DNA from: Nitrospirota bacterium
GTDB taxonomy: Bacteria > Nitrospirota > UBA9217
Assembly (NCBI GenBank): GCA_963749655.1
Contig: CAVVOB010000023.1
Span: forward strand, 79,819 to 143,818
Reading direction: 5' to 3'
Length of the DNA stretch: 64,000 nt
Positions 60,259 through 64,000 of the stretch are shown piece by piece; position 1 is the first letter of the stretch, and every line of letters begins with the position of its first letter. Below the pieces are notes generated by a model. That model did no database searches. It was given only the letters and a program-made list of their open reading frames with translations, and was not told where the DNA came from. Both the position numbers and the translations under genes were made by a program.

Positions 60259-60418
60259 TGTTAAAAGAATAGACAATAATCGAGGGAGCACGCGTTGATG
60301 ACAGGATGAGAATAGTACAGAGAAACTTAAATTGCAAGGACTTAGATGGGGTATTTTTGGGGGAGGCTTTTTAAATTGTGGATAGCGAAATTTTGATAAA
60401 GAATTCCGGAGTGGGTGC

Positions 60419-60453
60419 CAAAAAACAGGGGCTGCGGTTGACCCGCAGCCCCC
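60419..60453 (-). terminator. Intrinsic terminator of uup
   Basis: GGGGCTGCGG-loop-CCGCAGCCCC followed by TGTTTTTTT on the minus strand. Confidence 0.8.
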
Positions 60454-60495
60454 GGTGACTTCTTTTGCTGCTTTCCCGTTGACTCCCGGACTACC

Positions 60496-62391
60496 TCACC
60501 CTTTCAGCGCCTCCAGCTCCTCCCACCGCTTGTAGACAGCAGCAAGCTCCTTTTCCACGACCCCGAGCCGCGCCCTGGTTTCCGCAACCTTGCTCCCGCT
60601 CTCGCGGTAGAAGGCCGGATCGGCCATGGTCGCGATGATCCGCTGCTGCTCTGCGTCGAGCTCTTCGATCTTCTGCGGCAGGGTTTCAAGCTCCTTCTGT
60701 TCCTTGAACGTCAGCTTGCGGGGCTTCTCTTTTGGGGAAGCTGGGACAGTTTTTTTCTCTTCAGTCCTGAACGGCGCAGAAAGCGCCTCGCTCTTTTGCC
60801 GGCTCTGACGCAGCCAGTCGTCATAGCCGCCCACGTATTCACTCACCCTGCCCTTGCCTTCGAGCACCAGCGTGCTGGTGACGACATTGTTGATGAACGC
60901 GCGGTCGTGGCTCACGAGCAGCACCGTGCCGGGGTAGTCCATCAAAAGCTCTTCCAGAAGGTCGAGCGTCTCGATGTCCAGGTCGTTCGTGGGCTCATCG
61001 AGGACCAGCACGTTCGACGGCTTGGTAAAAAGCTTCGCGAGCAAAAGGCGGTTCCGCTCACCACCGGACAGCACCTTCACGGGGCTTCGCGCGCGGGCCG
61101 GGGCGAACAGGAAGTCCTGCAGATAGCCGATCACGTGCCTGCGGTTCCCATTCACGGTCACGTGATCGCTGCCGTACGCCACGTTGTCCTGCACCGTCTT
61201 CTCATCGTCGAGCTGGGCGCGGTGCTGGTCCAGGTAAGCGACCTCGAGGTTCGTGCCGAGGCGGAGCGATCCCTGCTGCGGCTTGAGGCTCCCCAAAAGG
61301 AGCTTCAAGAGCGTGGTCTTGCCTGATCCGTTCGGCCCGATAATGCCGATCTTGTCGCCGCGGATGATCGTTGTCGAGAAGTCGCTGATCACGGGCTTGT
61401 TGTCGTAGGCGTAGGTGATCTTCGTCGCCTCGATCACGAGCTTGCCGGTCCGTTCCGCCTCCTGCATCTGGATGACGGCGGTGCCGATCTTCTCGCGCCG
61501 TTCGCTCCGTATGCGCCGCAATTCTTTAAGAGCCCGCACGCGGCCTTCGTTTCGCGTCCTCCGGGCCTTGACGCCCTGTCTGATCCAGACTTCTTCGGCA
61601 GCGAGCTTCTTGTCGAACTTCGCGTTCTCCACGGACTCGGCGTCGAGCGCTGCCTGCTTCAAATCGAGATAAGCCTGGTAGCTGCCCGGCCAGCTCGTGA
61701 GCCTGCCGCGGTCAAGGTCGATGATGCGCGTGGCGAGTTTCTGGAGCAGCGCCCGGTCATGGGTGACGAAGAGCAGCGTTCCTCCGAAGGTAAGGAGGAA
61801 TTCCTCAAGCCACGAGATGGCGTCGATATCGAGGTGGTTCGTGGGCTCATCGAGGAGCAGAAGGTCGGGCGCTCCTGCCAGCGCCTTCGCGAGCAGGACC
61901 CTGCGCTTCAGCCCTCCGGAGAGCGCGGAGAACTCGGCGTCCTCGGGCAGCTGGAGGCGGGTGAGGATCTCCTCCACCTTTTGCTGCATCTGCCATCCCC
62001 CGGCAGACTCGAACTTGTGCTGAATGTCCTCGAGCTCGGCCATGAGCTTTTCGCTGTGCTCATGGGCAAGCCTTGCGCTCACATGGTGGTAGGCGGCAAG
62101 GAGCTTGCCCTGCTCGCCGAAAGCGCTCGAGACAACATCGAACACGCTGCCGGTGATGTCGTGGGGCACTTCCTGGGTAAGGAGCGTGATGCGCACCCCC
62201 TGCTGGTATACGATCCTGCCGCCGTCGGGCTTCACCTCTCCCGTAAGGAGCCGCAGGATCGTGGACTTGCCCGTGCCGTTCCGGCCCACGAGGCAGACCC
62301 GCTCCCCGCGGTCAATGGAGAGATCGACGCCCTCGAGCAGAAGCGGCCCGCCGAACCCCACGTTGACGCTCTGTAAACTTACCAATGCCAT
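60496..62391 (-). CDS. uup: ABC-F ATPase Uup
   Basis: Two ABC domains (GRNGTGKST, LSGG, DEPTN), GVKARRTRNEGRVRAL, C-terminal KLTFKEQKELE coiled coil. Confidence 0.93.
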   Translation of the reverse strand: MALVSLQSVNVGFGGPLLLEGVDLSIDRGERVCLVGRNGTGKSTILRLLTGEVKPDGGRIVYQQGVRITLLTQEVPHDITGSVFDVVSSAFGEQGKLLAAYHHVSARLAHEHSEKLMAELEDIQHKFESAGGWQMQQKVEEILTRLQLPEDAEFSALSGGLKRRVLLAKALAGAPDLLLLDEPTNHLDIDAISWLEEFLLTFGGTLLFVTHDRALLQKLATRIIDLDRGRLTSWPGSYQAYLDLKQAALDAESVENAKFDKKLAAEEVWIRQGVKARRTRNEGRVRALKELRRIRSERREKIGTAVIQMQEAERTGKLVIEATKITYAYDNKPVISDFSTTIIRGDKIGIIGPNGSGKTTLLKLLLGSLKPQQGSLRLGTNLEVAYLDQHRAQLDDEKTVQDNVAYGSDHVTVNGNRRHVIGYLQDFLFAPARARSPVKVLSGGERNRLLLAKLFTKPSNVLVLDEPTNDLDIETLDLLEELLMDYPGTVLLVSHDRAFINNVVTSTLVLEGKGRVSEYVGGYDDWLRQSRQKSEALSAPFRTEEKKTVPASPKEKPRKLTFKEQKELETLPQKIEELDAEQQRIIATMADPAFYRESGSKVAETRARLGVVEKELAAVYKRWEELEALKG

Positions 62392-62620
62392 AGACTGTTC
62401 CGCCTTATACCCTGTTGACGCCCGCACAATGTACCGTGAGCCACGATGAATTGCAACCGAAATCATAAAGCCCCTCGTTCACGGACGAATCGTGACGCGA
62501 AGCGATGGCCTGAATCGCGCGAGTATGTTATAGTATCAGGCAGCAGGGTTCCGCGGCACACCGCGGGCCGGCAGGCAGCCGCAATTCAGGGCACGGACGC
62601 GTTATGAGGAAAAACGGCAC

Positions 62621-63496
62621 ATGCAGGAAATAGTCAGCTGGCTGATCTCGATGGAACAGATGTCAGGCGATCTCTACCGGAATGCCGGGCGCTTCCTGAA
62701 GGACGATCCCGTCCTGGCCTCCCGCCTGGAGCACCTGGCGAACGACGAAGCGAGGCACGAGGAGATCATGAAAAAGGCCGCGGACCATCTCAAGCGGCAT
62801 CCCCTGCCGGCCCCGAAGATCACGCTCGACAACGCAAGCAGGGACAAGTGCGAACTTCCCTTTCACGAAAACAGAAAAAGGATCGCTGCCGGCACCCTCA
62901 CCCGGGAGTCTATGCTCGACTGCATTGTCGCAACCGAATCGTCGGAGTGGAACGATTTTTTCCAGTATGTCATCAACGCGATGAAAGGCGAAGGCCGCGA
63001 ATTCGAGTCCGCCGCCTCGGAAATCGAGCAGCACAGAAAATTCATAGAGGCAAGTATTCGGACTTTTTCGCAGGACCCCGATCGCCTGGACAGGCTGCGT
63101 CAGCTGCCGAAAATATGGGACCAGCGCATTCTGATCGTCGACGATTACGAGCCGATGCAGAGACTGATCGCCGACATGCTCTCTCCCGAGGGTTTCGTGG
63201 ATGTGGCGAGCACCGGCAAAGAAGCCCTTGAGAAATTGACCGCTCATCATTACGACCTGGTTCTTACCGATGACTTCATGCCCGGAATGAACGGCATCGA
63301 GTTATACAAGCAGTCTGCGCTTCGCGATCCTCTCGTGAAGGAACGCTTCCTGTTCCTGCTGGATGACATTCAGCCCCTGCACCGGGCCTTTATCAGGGAG
63401 AAGGGACTCAATTCCCTGGCCAAGCCCTTTTCGGTCAAGGAATTCCGCGAAGCCGTCGCCGCAATCCTGGCCAGCACATCGCAGAAACACCGGTAA
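62621..63496 (+). CDS. Ferritin/rubrerythrin-like domain fused to a receiver domain
   Basis: E...Y...LANDEARH...E...EIEQH di-iron pattern, then ILIVDD...DLVLTD..MPGMNG...KPF. Confidence 0.8.
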   Translation: MQEIVSWLISMEQMSGDLYRNAGRFLKDDPVLASRLEHLANDEARHEEIMKKAADHLKRHPLPAPKITLDNASRDKCELPFHENRKRIAAGTLTRESMLDCIVATESSEWNDFFQYVINAMKGEGREFESAASEIEQHRKFIEASIRTFSQDPDRLDRLRQLPKIWDQRILIVDDYEPMQRLIADMLSPEGFVDVASTGKEALEKLTAHHYDLVLTDDFMPGMNGIELYKQSALRDPLVKERFLFLLDDIQPLHRAFIREKGLNSLAKPFSVKEFREAVAAILASTSQKHR

Positions 63497-63574
63497 GCCG
63501 CCGGATTCAGAAACCGGACCCCGTTCCGCAATCGATGGTCCGGCCGGGAGAAAATCCGCTTGATTAAATCGGGA

Positions 63575-64000
63575 ATGTTCAATAAGCCGCCTCAGCACTT
63601 CATGGCAAGCGCGGTGTCACAAGCGGCAGTCGTCATCCTGCTGACCGGCGCCCTCCTCGTTCCAGCCGGCGGCTGCAGCCGCCGCGATACACCCCCCGAG
63701 AACGCGCTCACCTCCGGCGATATCGCCTTCCTCGGCATGCAGCTGCGGCGTGACAGGGGAGACGGCTCGTACCAGGCGGTCGGACGACTGAGCAACAGAT
63801 CGCGGAAGCATGCTCTCCGCGAGGTGGTGCTCACCTTCACCATGGAAGACGTCGCGCCTGCCGGCGATTCCACCATCATAGCCTCAACGACCCTCCCGAT
63901 GCGCTACGAGGTCCCTCCGGGGCAATCCGCGCATTTTCGTGAAAGGATCTCCTTCGGCAGCCTGCCGAAACCCAAGGGCAGGTATGAATGGAATTATTCG
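63575..64000 (+). CDS. Hypothetical lipoprotein (runs off window)
   Basis: Open frame with hydrophobic leader and AGGC lipobox, no stop before 64000. Confidence 0.6.
   Translation, partial: MFNKPPQHFMASAVSQAAVVILLTGALLVPAGGCSRRDTPPENALTSGDIAFLGMQLRRDRGDGSYQAVGRLSNRSRKHALREVVLTFTMEDVAPAGDSTIIASTTLPMRYEVPPGQSAHFRERISFGSLPKPKGRYEWNYS

Overview
GC-rich bacterial chromosome segment. Gene content (DsrC-family proteins, sigma-54 systems, dense short palindromic repeats) suggests a Nitrospirota/Desulfobacterota-like anaerobe (inference only). Positions 1-40.9 kb hold housekeeping and accessory genes: rimM'/rpsP/ffh, a GlrK/GlrR-like sigma-54 two-component locus with a target operon, dusB, an NrtR-SPFH-NAD-kinase-like operon, DUF3300/DUF2950, HigBA, a YegD-like Hsp70 preceded by a candidate ~230-nt structured RNA, two L,D-transpeptidases, a very Met-rich lipoprotein next to a Cu P-type ATPase, and DsrC/TusE proteins. 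The most striking part is 41.1-60.3 kb, a type I R-M locus (hsdR-hsdS ... hsdM) whose hsdS-hsdM gap is expanded by ~13 kb. The gap holds a GHKL-ATPase/nuclease gene, TA-type pairs, three TIR-flanked HUH (RAYT/TIRYT-type) transposases, a tandem IS66 dimer, two extra hsdM 5' fragments from different alleles, and four copies of a perfect GTTACCATACA-N20-TGTATGGTAAC inverted repeat embedded in promoters. This looks like an hsdM-anchored cassette-accretion array with a possible dedicated regulator or recombination site. Many single-base frameshifts, including one in essential ffh, indicate an error-prone (probably long-read) sequence, so pseudogene calls are uncertain. No tRNA, rRNA or CRISPR array was seen.
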